DNA of 64,000 bases from Euprymna scolopes (taxonomy: Eukaryota), in NCBI GenBank assembly GCA_053919585.1, contig CM132808.1. One strand, given 5' to 3'. The notes beneath the pieces were generated by a model, which worked only from the letters and a program-made list of their open reading frames with translations, did no database searches and was not told where the DNA came from. The position numbers and the translations under genes were made by a program. Position 1 is the stretch's first letter. Each line of letters starts with the position of its first letter. Of the stretch, positions 63,231 to 64,000 are shown in pieces.

Positions 63231-64000
63231 TAAACTTTAAGTGAATTTACATGGAATATTTAAGCGTATGTGTGTGTGTGTAAAAACATTAGAAAATAGA
63301 AACGGAATCACTACATAGAACGGAACAGGCCAACATGAACTATATAAAAATCAAGCAAGGCAAGGTAGGTAGAAACATAGAAAATGTAACGAAGCGTAAA
63401 CCATATCGTAATTGAATTCTAAAAGCATGTCTTGATGAGAAGCGTAGTTTACTCGGAACTGTGCAAACTGCACTGTCAGTATACATACAAAAGGCAGAGG
63501 CGCAATTAAGAACGAATATTAGAAAATGAAAAGCGTATAATACATTATAACTTAAATGCGGACGAACAAACTCATCAAAGAGAAAAGCTAAATGGTAGAT
63601 TAGGTTGTATGAAATGATCACAAACGAAGCAGAAAATAAGTAACGTACTACAAGAAGAATAGACGGGAAGTTAATTCAATATGCAAGGAAATCAGATATC
63701 TAAAATATACAGAAAAAAAGTAAAACTAGCCAGGCTCCTATTTGTAAGCATTCCTGGAAAAGGACGCATTAAATGACATTAAAATAAAAACACACCCCTT
63801 CACAAAGGAGAAGTTAGTTCCTGGGATGGTTCTGGTTCACTTCTTAGAACCAAGTAGGAACATTACTCCATTTCGGTAAAGAAAGGCTTGGTGTCGAGTC
63901 TCTGATAATGTTACAACTGGCCAGCCAAATACATAAAACTTAACTAGAGGGTCGACAAGAATATAGAATGTAAGAAAACTGCAAAAACTACCAATAATCG

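Overview
This is AT-rich eukaryotic, very probably invertebrate-animal, genomic DNA from a scaffolded assembly with four N gaps. I found no host protein-coding gene I can support. The first 6.32 kb is an array of about 243 copies of a 26-bp unit (GAAACCCAATACTGAGAAAATGCTTT). It has its AC-rich/CCC strand on + and joins unique DNA abruptly, so it is a candidate non-canonical chromosome-terminal repeat. Its variant units are layered from the junction outward and contain a 48-unit higher-order duplication, which points to recombination-based growth. The rest of the window is decayed mobile DNA among (TA)n/(GT)n/(AAT)n microsatellites: CR1-type LINEs, Penelope-like elements (PLEs), Tc1/mariner, copia and gypsy remnants, Helitrons and 5S-derived SINEs. 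Several type I hammerhead-ribozyme (HHR) motifs are hidden in it. They include a tandem HHR-tRNA-like-HHR unit of 329 bp that resembles a non-LTR retrozyme, a second tRNA-like+HHR element, and two 300-430 bp fold-back palindromes each carrying HHRs. All calls were made by eye; coordinates of degenerate elements are approximate.
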